The notes: generated by a model from the sequence alone, not told the origin. A DNA stretch of 32,000 nt from an uncultured Erysipelotrichaceae bacterium (GCA_942493105.1 OW818668.1:1410001-1442000), one strand, 5' to 3'; shown: positions 7,030 through 15,974, counted from the stretch's first letter. Numbers and translations: made by a program.

Positions 7030-9348
7030 ATGACAAATCTTAATCTAGAAATGAACGTACCTGCCGTTGCGACGCGCGGTGTACTTATTTTCCCCAACCA
7101 AGAAGTAATGATTGAGGTTGGCCGCGAAAAATCTATGAATGCGGTCGATGAATCCCTCAACTACTTCGATGGCCAAGTGTTTATCGTTTCCCAAAGAGAT
7201 GTATTGGTGGATGAACCACATGATAAGGATCTGTTTATCATGGGAACCTTGTGTAAAATCAAAACCGCTCGTAAAAAAGAAGGTTTTCAACGGGTTACCT
7301 TTGTGGGGATCAAACGCGCTAAGATCATCCGTCTTTCCGAAGACGACAAGATGCTTTTCGCCACCATTCAACCTTTAGAAGACATCATCGGAGATCCTAC
7401 TGAAGAAATCGCCTTGGTTCGCCAGGTCGGCAAGTCTTTGGAACAGATCACCAATGCCCAGAACCATTTCCCTCAAGAAGTGTTCAATCAGCTTACCAAA
7501 GGCGTTTCTGCGTCTCAGTTGGCTGATCAAGTGGCTCAATATTTCCCCATGAATGTCGATGATCGACAATCCTTACTTGAAGAACTCAGTCTCAATGCCA
7601 GATTGCTTTTAATTGTTGGTAATCTTAAAAAAGAAAAAGAATTGACTGCGATTGAAGCAGGCATCAATGAAAAAGTTCGTGAACGTATCGAAGAAAATCA
7701 ACGTGAATATTATTTACGAGAAAAACTCAGAGCCATCAAAGAAGAATTAGGGGATGTCCCCAATGGCACTGACGATGTGGAAGATCTAAGACGTTTGGTC
7801 GAAGAAAATCCTTATCCTGAAAACATCAAAGCCAAAGCTTTGGATGAAATCCAACGCTATGAAATGTTGCCATCAGCTTCAGGCGAAAGCGGCGTCATCC
7901 GGACTTATTTGGATTGGTTACTTAAAACCCCATGGTGGCAAGAAACCAAAGACAATGAGGACTTATCCGCTGTCAGAGCTTTTCTAGATCACGATCATTA
8001 TGGTCTTGAAAAGGTCAAAGATCGTATCATGGAATACTTGGCTGTCAAACTGATGACCAAGAGTTTAAATGCGCCAATTTTATGTTTGGTTGGTCCTCCA
8101 GGGGTTGGTAAAACATCCTTGGCCAAATCGATCGCCAATGCATTAGGACGCAACTTCATCAAGGCCTCCTTAGGTGGCGTTCGTGATGAAGCTGAAATAC
8201 GTGGTCATCGCAGAACTTACTTAGGCTCATTACCAGGCCGTATCATCCAAGGGATGAAAAAAGCTGGAGTCGTTAACCCTGTCTTCTTGATCGATGAGAT
8301 CGATAAGATGTCATCAGACTATAAAGGAGACCCCAGTTCAGCCATGCTTGAAGTCTTAGATCCTGAACAAAACTCAATGTTTTCAGATCATTATCTGGAA
8401 GAACCTTATGATTTATCCAAAGTCATGTTTATCGCAACAGCCAATTATTTGGAAGATATTCCAGCGGCTTTGCGTGACCGTTTAGAAATCATTCATTTGG
8501 ATTCCTATACCGAAGACGAAAAAGTTAAGATTGCCTTGAATCATTTGATTCCTAAGCAAGTGGCCATCAATGGTTTAAAGAAAGCTCAGTTTACCTTAAA
8601 AGAAAAAGAACTCTTACATATCGTACGTAACTATACCCGTGAAGCAGGGGTTCGTCAGCTAGAAAGACACATCGCAGCCTTGTGCCGTAAGAGTGTTTTG
8701 ATGATCCTCAAAGACAACAAGCGCAGTGTCAACATTTCAGACAAGCAATTGATGGAATGGTTGGGCAAAGAAATCTATGAGTATGGACGCAAAGAAACAC
8801 AGAATCAAATCGGTGTAGTCACCGGTTTAGCCTACACGTCTTTTGGCGGAGATGTGTTACCAGTCGAAGTGACCACTTTTGAAGGCAAGGGACGTTTGAT
8901 CGTCACTGGCCAATTGGGCAATGTCATGAAAGAATCGACTGAAATCGCTTTGGGTTATGTAAAATCCAATGCGAAGAAATACAACATCGATCCTAAGTTC
9001 TTTGAAGACCATGATATCCATATCCATGTCCCAGAAGGGGCTGTTCCAAAAGATGGCCCAAGTGCTGGGATCACCTTGACTACCGCCATCATGTCGGCTT
9101 TGACCCATCGTGCCGTGTATTCCAATTTGGCCATGACGGGCGAAGTCACATTACGCGGACTGGTTCTGCCGATTGGCGGCTTGAAGGAAAAATCCTTGGC
9201 TGCACATCGCGTTGGCATCACAAAAATTCTTATTCCGAAACTCAATGCGAAGGATCTCGATGAGATGGCTCCTGTCGTTAAAGAATCCATCACCTTTGTC
9301 CCTGTTGAAACCATGGATCAAGTCCTTCATGAAGCATTGGTTGCCTAA
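7030..9348 (+). CDS. lon: ATP-dependent Lon protease (LonA)
   Basis: Walker A GPPGVGKTS, Walker B FLIDEIDK, protease Ser motif PKDGPSAGIT. The ORF track starts at GTG 7021, but AGGAGGTG (7015-7022) sits directly on it. ATG 7030 has correct SD spacing. Confidence 0.95.
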   Translation: MTNLNLEMNVPAVATRGVLIFPNQEVMIEVGREKSMNAVDESLNYFDGQVFIVSQRDVLVDEPHDKDLFIMGTLCKIKTARKKEGFQRVTFVGIKRAKIIRLSEDDKMLFATIQPLEDIIGDPTEEIALVRQVGKSLEQITNAQNHFPQEVFNQLTKGVSASQLADQVAQYFPMNVDDRQSLLEELSLNARLLLIVGNLKKEKELTAIEAGINEKVRERIEENQREYYLREKLRAIKEELGDVPNGTDDVEDLRRLVEENPYPENIKAKALDEIQRYEMLPSASGESGVIRTYLDWLLKTPWWQETKDNEDLSAVRAFLDHDHYGLEKVKDRIMEYLAVKLMTKSLNAPILCLVGPPGVGKTSLAKSIANALGRNFIKASLGGVRDEAEIRGHRRTYLGSLPGRIIQGMKKAGVVNPVFLIDEIDKMSSDYKGDPSSAMLEVLDPEQNSMFSDHYLEEPYDLSKVMFIATANYLEDIPAALRDRLEIIHLDSYTEDEKVKIALNHLIPKQVAINGLKKAQFTLKEKELLHIVRNYTREAGVRQLERHIAALCRKSVLMILKDNKRSVNISDKQLMEWLGKEIYEYGRKETQNQIGVVTGLAYTSFGGDVLPVEVTTFEGKGRLIVTGQLGNVMKESTEIALGYVKSNAKKYNIDPKFFEDHDIHIHVPEGAVPKDGPSAGITLTTAIMSALTHRAVYSNLAMTGEVTLRGLVLPIGGLKEKSLAAHRVGITKILIPKLNAKDLDEMAPVVKESITFVPVETMDQVLHEALVA

Positions 9349-9926
9349 TGGCTGGTTTCCAGCAAGCCGTCTTTGTGACGACAGCCGTATCTAAAACAGG
9401 CTTTGCCTTAACGGATTTGCCTGAATTGGTATTGGCTGGAAGAAGCAATGTCGGAAAGTCGAGTTTCATCAATACCCTATGTCGCCAAAAGTCGCTGGCC
9501 TATGTTGGCAAACGTCCTGGTAAGACCCGCTATATCAACTTTTATCAAGTTGAAGGATTATTATCCATGGTGGATGTTCCAGGTTATGGTTATGCCAATC
9601 GATCAAAAAGCGAACTCAAAGCGTATGGTACCTTGATGGAAGACTACTTCAACACGCGTCAAAACATCAAAGCGGTGATCTTGGTCATCGATTCACGTCA
9701 TGGTTTGACCGGCGATGATGAAGATATGCTGAACTATGTCACTGAAAAGAAACTGCCATTGTTGATCGTTGCAACCAAGTCTGATAAGTTGACTCAGTCT
9801 GAAAAGATGAAGACCAATAAAGAACTTCAGTTAAGATTTGGAAGCAATGTGATCTTATTTTCTGCCCTTAGACATTTGGGCATTGAAGAGGTCGAAAACT
9901 GGATCATGAATAAAATAAAAACCTAA
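9348..9926 (+). CDS. engB: Ribosome-biogenesis GTPase EngB/YsxC
   Basis: 192 aa with G1 GRSNVGKSSFIN, G3 DVPGYG and G4 TKSDK. The start overlaps the lon stop (TAATG). Conserved lon-ysxC synteny. Confidence 0.9.
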   Translation: MAGFQQAVFVTTAVSKTGFALTDLPELVLAGRSNVGKSSFINTLCRQKSLAYVGKRPGKTRYINFYQVEGLLSMVDVPGYGYANRSKSELKAYGTLMEDYFNTRQNIKAVILVIDSRHGLTGDDEDMLNYVTEKKLPLLIVATKSDKLTQSEKMKTNKELQLRFGSNVILFSALRHLGIEEVENWIMNKIKT

Positions 9927-9944
9927 GCATGCTTAGGTTTTTTT
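9921..9944 (+). terminator. Rho-independent terminator after engB
   Basis: Palindrome ACCTAAGC-AT-GCTTAGGT followed by a run of 7 T (9938-9944). Confidence 0.75.
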
Positions 9945-9952
9945 GATATAAT
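9944..9952 (+). promoter_or_regulatory. Extended -10 promoter element (TGaTATAAT) upstream of the 565-aa ORF
   Basis: TGATATAAT lies 24 nt upstream of ATG 9977. AGGAGA SD at 9965-9970. Confidence 0.4.
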
Positions 9953-9976
9953 AGGGCAATAGTTAGGAGAAAACCG

Positions 9977-11674
9977 ATGAAACAAGCCCTCTACATCAAA
10001 GACAATACAGCCATCATCAACTTTTCTACTTTTTTTGCACAGACGACGGATGAATTCATCTCTTCGGATAGTTTCAAGAAAATGATGAGTCATTATGTGA
10101 GCTCTTTAAAGATAGAAAACAAAGAACGTTATGATTGGTTGACCAAAGGGCTCAGTGAATCAGAAGCCTTGAATCAATTGGTGAAGGTCTTTAAGCTATT
10201 GTTGGTATTGGATGTCGAAGAAGTTTCACATCCCTTGCTTAGTGACCGCAATCGCTTCAACGCCATGATTGAGGACTGGTATAACAGCTGGAGACAACTT
10301 CAACGCTGTTCTGTCATCAAGATCTCTTCTTCTCACTCTGGTCAAGTCAATAACTTCATCGAAGCGGACACGAAATTTAACGCATTGATCCTATCTGTTT
10401 ATCGTGGGATCCAAGAAAAAATACAAGGTCATAAAAATCGTGTTTATCGTCAACTTCAAGCTGGAACAAATGCTTCGATGGTGCTTAAGGATGTCAGATG
10501 GCCCATTTTTGAAGGCTATGAAGCTTTAAAAGGCATCCCGTTTGTCGATTCAATGTTGATTCGGGCCCCTTTACTGCTTCATCCGAGAAGCTCAAAACGA
10601 GTGGGTTCATTTGAACCAGTCTTGGTCAATCCATTTAATGGGTTGACACTCGATCGTGAAGAATGGTTTTGTTATCCCGCTAAAGTAGGCAGTTTACTGA
10701 TCTTGATTTATGTTCATATCGACTTTACCTTCTCTGGGATCACCAACGCCAATCTCTTTGAATTGGCCAGCGATGAAGAAGTCTTAAAATCTAGACCAGA
10801 TGGGATCGTCTTATTTGGACTCAAAGATAAATCCGATGAATGTACGTATACTTATGACGATAAAAATAAAGTCTGGATCGGTAAAGTACCTTATCAAACC
10901 CGTATCGAATACTTTGGGTATATGAAAAAAATGGTCTTGACCATTCATAATGTGATCATGATGAAAAATGGATGGTTACCGATCCATGGGTCCATGATCA
11001 ATGTCAATTTTAAAGATGGTCGAAAAATAGGGGTCGTCTTTATGGGCGACAGTGGAGCTGGTAAATCCGAAACCATTGAAGCCATACAAATGTGCGGTCA
11101 TGAAGATCTTGTCTCCATGGATGTCATCTTTGATGATATGGGATCCTTTCATGTTGAAAATGGTCAATTGGTGGCTCAAGGAACGGAGATTGGTGCTTTC
11201 ATCAGATTGGATGATCTTGATAAAGGTTCACCGTACAAAACCATGGATCGTTCCATCTTTATGAATCCGGAATCTACCGTCAATGCCCGAGTCGTTATTC
11301 CTGTCAATACCTATAAAGAAATCGTAAAAAATCACAAAGTCGATTACTTCTTATATGCCAATAATTATGCTGATAAAACAGGCTTATTGATTGCGAAAAG
11401 TGCGGCTGATCTTAAGCACGTCTTCATCGAAGGGAAACGAATGGCCATGGCGACGACCCATGAGTCAGGTTTATCGACCACGTATTTTGCCAATCCTTTT
11501 GGACCCATGCAAAATCAAGCCCTGTGTGATCCCTTGATCGAACATTACTTCAAAGTCCTCGATGAAACACAGGTCAAGACTGGTGAAGTTTATACAGGTC
11601 TAGGCCTAAAAGAAAAGGTGGATAACCACCTCGAATTGACTGCCCAAGCTGTCTTAAATCTCATTCACGACTAA
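9977..11674 (+). CDS. Uncharacterised PEPCK(ATP)/HprK-superfamily P-loop kinase-like protein
   Basis: 565 aa. The motif order parallels ATP-PEPCK: HPRSSKRVG (cf GRSPKDK); YFGYMKKMVLTIHNV..LPIHGSMINV (cf YxGEMKK..MNY.LP...MHCSAN); P-loop FMGDSGAGKSETI (cf GLSGTGKTTLS, but identical in style to HprK GDSGxGKSE); IFDDMGSF (cf IGDDEHGW); NARVVIPV (cf NTRxxYP). Substrate-binding residues differ from canonical PckA. Confidence 0.55.
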   Translation: MKQALYIKDNTAIINFSTFFAQTTDEFISSDSFKKMMSHYVSSLKIENKERYDWLTKGLSESEALNQLVKVFKLLLVLDVEEVSHPLLSDRNRFNAMIEDWYNSWRQLQRCSVIKISSSHSGQVNNFIEADTKFNALILSVYRGIQEKIQGHKNRVYRQLQAGTNASMVLKDVRWPIFEGYEALKGIPFVDSMLIRAPLLLHPRSSKRVGSFEPVLVNPFNGLTLDREEWFCYPAKVGSLLILIYVHIDFTFSGITNANLFELASDEEVLKSRPDGIVLFGLKDKSDECTYTYDDKNKVWIGKVPYQTRIEYFGYMKKMVLTIHNVIMMKNGWLPIHGSMINVNFKDGRKIGVVFMGDSGAGKSETIEAIQMCGHEDLVSMDVIFDDMGSFHVENGQLVAQGTEIGAFIRLDDLDKGSPYKTMDRSIFMNPESTVNARVVIPVNTYKEIVKNHKVDYFLYANNYADKTGLLIAKSAADLKHVFIEGKRMAMATTHESGLSTTYFANPFGPMQNQALCDPLIEHYFKVLDETQVKTGEVYTGLGLKEKVDNHLELTAQAVLNLIHD

Positions 11675-12456
11675 TCAACCAAATAGCCCAATCGACTCAG
11701 AATCTTAGCGATGCCATCATGATCGACATCTTCTGTAACATAATGGGCTATTTTTTTTAGGGGTTCAACCGCATTGCCCATCGCCACACTGATGGGAGCA
11801 TGTTGCAGCATTTCATAATCGTTAAAGGAATCCCCAAAGGCAATATAATAGTCAGAGTAACCATAGGTCGATAAGACATCAAGGATACTGCTGTGTTTAG
11901 ATACACCGGCTGACATGACATCGGCTGATGTCGTCATGGTGGCTTTTATGTCCAGATCGTCTATATCATCAAAAATGCGCCAATCAAAACCAACTTTCTC
12001 ATAGAGGGCGATTTTATCAATGGGTTCATTTTCATAAAGTTTAACCTTTGGGATGGGTTCTTGATAATAAGCATGAGACGTTTTGACATAGTCATTGGGT
12101 TCTTGACTCAACATATCGCCTTGTGGACCTCCACAAAACACAGGAATATGATGTTCCTTGGCTCGTTTGATCAAGGTATGTATCGTTTCAGGATTGACGA
12201 AATGTTGGCGGATGACCTTGAAGTTTTCATCCAGGATGACATGTCCATTACTCAAGATCACAAATTTCCATTTGACAACATGTTCAAGATGAAGTTGAGA
12301 AAACATATATTGATCTCGCCCTGATGCGATACAAATCGCATAACCTTGATCCGCTAACTTATTTAAAGCAAGAATGGCTGAGTGTGGGATCTCATGGGTA
12401 TTGGTATCGAGTAAGGTTCCATCGATATCAAAGAATAGGGTGTTGGGTAAGTTCAT
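11671..12456 (-). CDS. HAD-superfamily Cof-type (IIB) sugar-phosphate phosphatase
   Basis: 261 aa. Motif I FFDIDGTLLD, motif II SGR, motif IV GDSFNDYEML. Confidence 0.85.
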   Translation of the reverse strand: MNLPNTLFFDIDGTLLDTNTHEIPHSAILALNKLADQGYAICIASGRDQYMFSQLHLEHVVKWKFVILSNGHVILDENFKVIRQHFVNPETIHTLIKRAKEHHIPVFCGGPQGDMLSQEPNDYVKTSHAYYQEPIPKVKLYENEPIDKIALYEKVGFDWRIFDDIDDLDIKATMTTSADVMSAGVSKHSSILDVLSTYGYSDYYIAFGDSFNDYEMLQHAPISVAMGNAVEPLKKIAHYVTEDVDHDGIAKILSRLGYLVD

Positions 12457-12462
12457 GAGTTT

Positions 12463-12471
12463 ATTATAGCA
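12463..12471 (-). promoter_or_regulatory. Extended -10 element TGcTATAAT, 6 nt upstream of the minus-strand HAD ATG (leaderless configuration)
   Basis: The minus strand reads TGC-TATAAT (12471->12463), then AAACTC, then ATG (12456). No SD-like purine run. Confidence 0.45.
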
Positions 12472-12497
12472 AAGCTGTTCTCTTGAATGGACTTTAA

Positions 12498-12506
12498 TGA
12501 TAGAAT
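12498..12506 (+). promoter_or_regulatory. Extended -10 element TGaTAGAAT, 6 nt upstream of the plus-strand HAD ATG (leaderless configuration)
   Basis: TGATAGAAT (12498-12506), then ACTTTC, then ATG 12513. No SD. Confidence 0.45.
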
Positions 12507-12512
12507 ACTTTC

Positions 12513-13325
12513 ATGATTAAACTATTCGTATGCGATGTCGACAATACCTTGTTGACCCATCAAGCAGGCTTACCTCAAGAAAACATCGAGGCGATTTTAA
12601 CATTACAAAAAAACGGCATCATCGTTGCCTTAGCCAGTGGCAGGATCATACCAGGTATGATCGAAGTGGCCATGCAACTTGAACTTAAAAAATATGGGGG
12701 ATACTTGGTGGCTTCCAATGGGGCAACCGTGATCTCACTTAAAGATGACAGAGTCTTATTGGATGAAAGAATTTCATTAAGCAAGCTCAAAGAAATTGTA
12801 GAAACAACTCAACGTTTAGGCATACATTCGCATATCCAACAAGGCAATGTCCTTTATTACACCCAAGAAAATGAAGCTTTGAGATATAATCGAGACATCG
12901 TTGGGTTACAAGTCAAGAAACAAACCGACATGAGTTCAGTTCTTTATGAATCCGCCCCAAAAGTTGAAATCACCAGTTGGTTTCAAAGCGATAAGAAGCC
13001 TTTTGATGAATTCGTTAAGCGTTATGAACACGAATATACCTTGATTCGAGGATATCGTAATTTCATTGACCTAACACCTTTAAATGTGACCAAAGCCACT
13101 GGTGTGGCAGCCATCATGAAAGAATTGGGTTTAAAAGCCAGTGAAGTCGCCGCCATAGGAGATGGTGAAAATGATCGGCATATGCTTAAAGCTGCTGGAT
13201 TATCCGCAACTTTGGCCAATGCGGATCTATCTCTGCAATCTGAAGTCGATCATGTGGTTGCCTCTGTTGAACAGGCAGGACTATCCCACTTTGCCCAACT
13301 AGTATTGGCGAAGAATGCAAGTTGA
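12513..13325 (+). CDS. HAD-superfamily Cof-type (IIB) phosphatase
   Basis: 270 aa. Motif I FVCDVDNTLL, motif II ASGR, motif IV GDGENDRHML. Confidence 0.85.
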   Translation: MIKLFVCDVDNTLLTHQAGLPQENIEAILTLQKNGIIVALASGRIIPGMIEVAMQLELKKYGGYLVASNGATVISLKDDRVLLDERISLSKLKEIVETTQRLGIHSHIQQGNVLYYTQENEALRYNRDIVGLQVKKQTDMSSVLYESAPKVEITSWFQSDKKPFDEFVKRYEHEYTLIRGYRNFIDLTPLNVTKATGVAAIMKELGLKASEVAAIGDGENDRHMLKAAGLSATLANADLSLQSEVDHVVASVEQAGLSHFAQLVLAKNAS

Positions 13326-13332
13326 TTTAAAC

Positions 13333-13356
13333 AAGAGCGATATAAAGCTCTTTTTT
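13333..13356. terminator. Probable bidirectional terminator between convergent genes
   Basis: Stem AAGAGC (13333-13338) / GCTCTT (13347-13352). It is followed by a T-run on the + strand and by GTTTAAA on the - strand. It overlaps the stop of the minus-strand phosphoesterase gene. Confidence 0.55.
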
Positions 13357-14176
13357 ATTGTTTCAGTGTAATAACAACCAACTCAGGTCCATTAAACAAA
13401 CGTAAAGGCAAGACACTTTCTCCTAAACCTCGACTGATAATCATAGTGGTTGCATCTTTTGTAAATGATCCAGCTGTATATTTAGGTAAGATTCCCTCAT
13501 TAGGGGCATACAGTCCTTGGCCAAAGAATCGCCATTGACCACCATGAGCATGTCCAACCAACACGACATCAACACCAAGTCTTACATAATCTTCAAAGTC
13601 ATTGGGATGATGAGCCAAGAGTAAGTTGAAACTTGTTGGAATGACTTGATCTCGTACATAAATCCCACGATCTTCAACAAGAAATCGTTCTTTTAATCCG
13701 ATCAGATTGATTGAGCTATCTTGTTTGGTGATCAACATGGATTCATCTTCCAACACAAGCCCACCCGCATCGATCATGGCTTGTTTTTGAATGGGATAGG
13801 TTATTTCACGGGCATCATGATTCCCATCGACAATGATTACCGGTGCGATCTTGAGGGCTTCTTGGATGAGAACCAATGAGTGATTATACTTAGCATCCCA
13901 ACTATCTACCATATCTCCAGTTAAAACTATCAAATCTGGATTTTGAGTTTTGATGGCTTGAATGAGTTTCTCTTGATTCTTCCCAAATGATTTGTTATGC
14001 AGATCTGAGACTTGGACGATCACATAACCATCAAAAGCTTCTGGGATCTTTGTTGAATTGATCTCATAAGATGTGATCGTAATCTTTGAATTAGGCAATG
14101 TACCAATGACTAAAATGCCTGTACACAGTATGAGAAGGATCCAGGATAAGGTAAACCAATTGAATTGAAATTTCAT
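13355..14176 (-). CDS. Membrane-anchored calcineurin-like metallophosphoesterase (YkuE/YaeI-like)
   Basis: 273 aa with an N-terminal TM helix (WFTLSWILLILCTGILVIGTL). Metallophosphatase motifs SDLHN, GDMVD, GNHD and GHAHGGQ. Confidence 0.85.
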   Translation of the reverse strand: MKFQFNWFTLSWILLILCTGILVIGTLPNSKITITSYEINSTKIPEAFDGYVIVQVSDLHNKSFGKNQEKLIQAIKTQNPDLIVLTGDMVDSWDAKYNHSLVLIQEALKIAPVIIVDGNHDAREITYPIQKQAMIDAGGLVLEDESMLITKQDSSINLIGLKERFLVEDRGIYVRDQVIPTSFNLLLAHHPNDFEDYVRLGVDVVLVGHAHGGQWRFFGQGLYAPNEGILPKYTAGSFTKDATTMIISRGLGESVLPLRLFNGPELVVITLKQ

Positions 14177-14241
14177 AATGTCCTTATTATTGATGGAAAA
14201 TATCGATGAATTGAATTGTTATGATGTGAAATTGTCGAAAA

Positions 14242-15579
14242 TCAAGGGTGTAGCTTCGCTAAGATCTGTTCATGTTCTTGCGTCGTGAACTTATAGAAAA
14301 ACATAGGAATCAAGCTCAATAAACAGGCAATGGCAGGAAACAGAGACAAGAGTGAGAATATGCCTTGGTAAGCCAAAGGTGTTTGTTGAAGCACGTCTCC
14401 TTGATAACCAACGAGCGATAACACGATTCCGATGAAAGCCAGTCCTAAAGCACTTTGTAGCTTCGTGGTAAAGGTGTTGAGTGAAAAGATCATGCCTTCA
14501 GCACGTAGACCTGTTTTATGTTCCATATAATCAACGGTATCCCCAACGATTGAATACACGACCACATCATTGATGCCTAAGGATATCCCGCAGATAAACA
14601 GAAGTCCAAAGACAACGATTAGATTTTCATAACCTATGATAAAGAGTACAGCATGAGCAATGAATCCTAGAATCAAGGAGTAATTGTAAGTGAGTTTCTT
14701 TCCCCATAAACGAACACATAAAGGGGCAAAAAACATCGATACGATCATGGCAGCGATCAAGATCCCGCCTAAGATCGTATATTGAGTCGGATCGGCTAAA
14801 TTTTTATTGGCGAAATAGAGTCCTGCGGTCGCGATGACCATTCTGAAAGCACCCAATACGCGACTAAATTGTAAAATCAATAATGGTTTATTCTTCGCAA
14901 GAATCCTGAATTTAGGTGTTTCAGTACTGACTTGATGTACCCGTTCTTTCGTAAAGAAACCGGCCAAGGCAAATAAGGCTGAACCGATGATCCCAATGAT
15001 CATAGCGGTGTATAAATAAGCTTGGCTGTTACCAGCAACATTTTCAACAGTTGATCCGCCTAAACTGTTGATCAAGATCGGAGGAACCAAGATCCCAATC
15101 GCCATCCCGATATTACAGAAGATACGGACCATGGTCACTAAATGCAAGCGTTCCTTAGGATTATCTGTGATCGCTACCGACATGCCCCAATAAGGAATAT
15201 CGCTGACGGTATAAGTCATGCTCCAAAGATTGTAACTGATGATCGCATATAAGATACGGATCGATTCGCTCATATTGGGAACCGCAAAAGTCAAGATCGT
15301 AAAGATCGCGATTGGAATAGGCACAGCCATCAAATAAGGTCTGAGTTTACCAAATCGTGTTTTCGTTTTATCGACGATCACGCCCATTATTGGGTCATTG
15401 ATCGCATCCCATAAGCGAGAAAAAAACAAGATTGACGCAACCACTTCAGGTTTTATAAGAGCCACATCCGTATAATAAAACATAACCAAGGTAATGACTA
15501 AATTATAGACGACGTTTTGACCCATGCCTGCTAAACTAAAGGACAACTTCTCAAACAAAGACAACTTGTGTTTTTGCAT
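14242..15579 (-). CDS. Glycoside-pentoside-hexuronide (GPH):cation symporter family MFS transporter
   Basis: 445 aa with about 12 hydrophobic segments. The N-terminal pattern LSLFEKLSFSLAGMGQNVVYNLV..FYYTDV..SRLWDAINDPIMG is typical of the MelB/GPH family. Confidence 0.8.
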   Translation of the reverse strand: MQKHKLSLFEKLSFSLAGMGQNVVYNLVITLVMFYYTDVALIKPEVVASILFFSRLWDAINDPIMGVIVDKTKTRFGKLRPYLMAVPIPIAIFTILTFAVPNMSESIRILYAIISYNLWSMTYTVSDIPYWGMSVAITDNPKERLHLVTMVRIFCNIGMAIGILVPPILINSLGGSTVENVAGNSQAYLYTAMIIGIIGSALFALAGFFTKERVHQVSTETPKFRILAKNKPLLILQFSRVLGAFRMVIATAGLYFANKNLADPTQYTILGGILIAAMIVSMFFAPLCVRLWGKKLTYNYSLILGFIAHAVLFIIGYENLIVVFGLLFICGISLGINDVVVYSIVGDTVDYMEHKTGLRAEGMIFSLNTFTTKLQSALGLAFIGIVLSLVGYQGDVLQQTPLAYQGIFSLLSLFPAIACLLSLIPMFFYKFTTQEHEQILAKLHP

Positions 15580-15622
15580 AAAAAACCCTCTTTAATTTCA
15601 AGTATAGCGTATTTTTAAGCTA

Positions 15623-15631
15623 TGGTATACT
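15623..15631 (+). promoter_or_regulatory. Extended -10 element TGgTATACT, 6 nt upstream of a 58-codon ORF
   Basis: TGGTATACT, then TGTTTC, then ATG 15638. Same geometry as the two HAD genes. Confidence 0.35.
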
Positions 15632-15637
15632 TGTTTC

Positions 15638-15814
15638 ATGAACGAAACCTTTGAAAACAGAAATACTTTAGCCAAAGCCATTGCGATTAAAGCAGCTGAT
15701 TTGCTTGAACACTATCAATGGGGTAAACAATCCGTCAGTAACGATGTTGTTTTAAAGTCCCTTGATGAACTTCAAACACTTATATTAAAACTTCAAGAAT
15801 CACTCAGGGATTAA
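15638..15814 (+). CDS. 58-aa ORF resembling a truncated, degenerate MazG-like nucleotide pyrophosphohydrolase helix pair (possible gene remnant)
   Basis: Below the ORF-track cutoff. Hand translation: MNETFENRNTLAKAIAIKAADLLEHYQWGKQSVSNDVVLKSLDELQTLILKLQESLRD. The segment NTLAKAIAIKAADLLEHYQW parallels the PKNLAMALSVEAsELLEiFQW core of small MazG-like proteins. However, the first acidic metal ligand is K, and the protein is about half the usual length. Confidence 0.35.
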   Translation: MNETFENRNTLAKAIAIKAADLLEHYQWGKQSVSNDVVLKSLDELQTLILKLQESLRD

Positions 15815-15848
15815 TCATCGTTCTTCGTAAAAGTGAGTGGAGGACATC

Positions 15849-15974
15849 ATGACAACATCAAGTATTCTTATGTTTGTTGCGATCGCAGCCGGAATCGCTG
15901 CCATCTACAAGCTTCTGACCTCAGGACGAGGCAGGGTGAGTATTCCCGGGATAGAAATGACTTGGGGAAAATGA
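15849..15974 (+). CDS. 41-aa single-pass hydrophobic peptide, unknown function
   Basis: Below the ORF-track cutoff. GGAGG (15839-15843) lies 5 nt before the ATG. Translation: MTTSSILMFVAIAAGIAAIYKLLTSGRGRVSIPGIEMTWGK (a TM helix followed by a basic flank). Confidence 0.35.
   Translation: MTTSSILMFVAIAAGIAAIYKLLTSGRGRVSIPGIEMTWGK

Noticed and set aside
7045-9472. Multiple antisense and alternative-frame ORFs (60-119 aa) within lon and engB. Similar ones occur inside tig (5718-6077), the VTC gene (3621-3875), polA, coaE, dnaB, dnaI, pfkA, pyk, pepS and thrS
   Set aside because: All are embedded in confidently identified genes. They lack start-site signals and recognisable motifs, and are the typical shadow ORFs of coding sequence.
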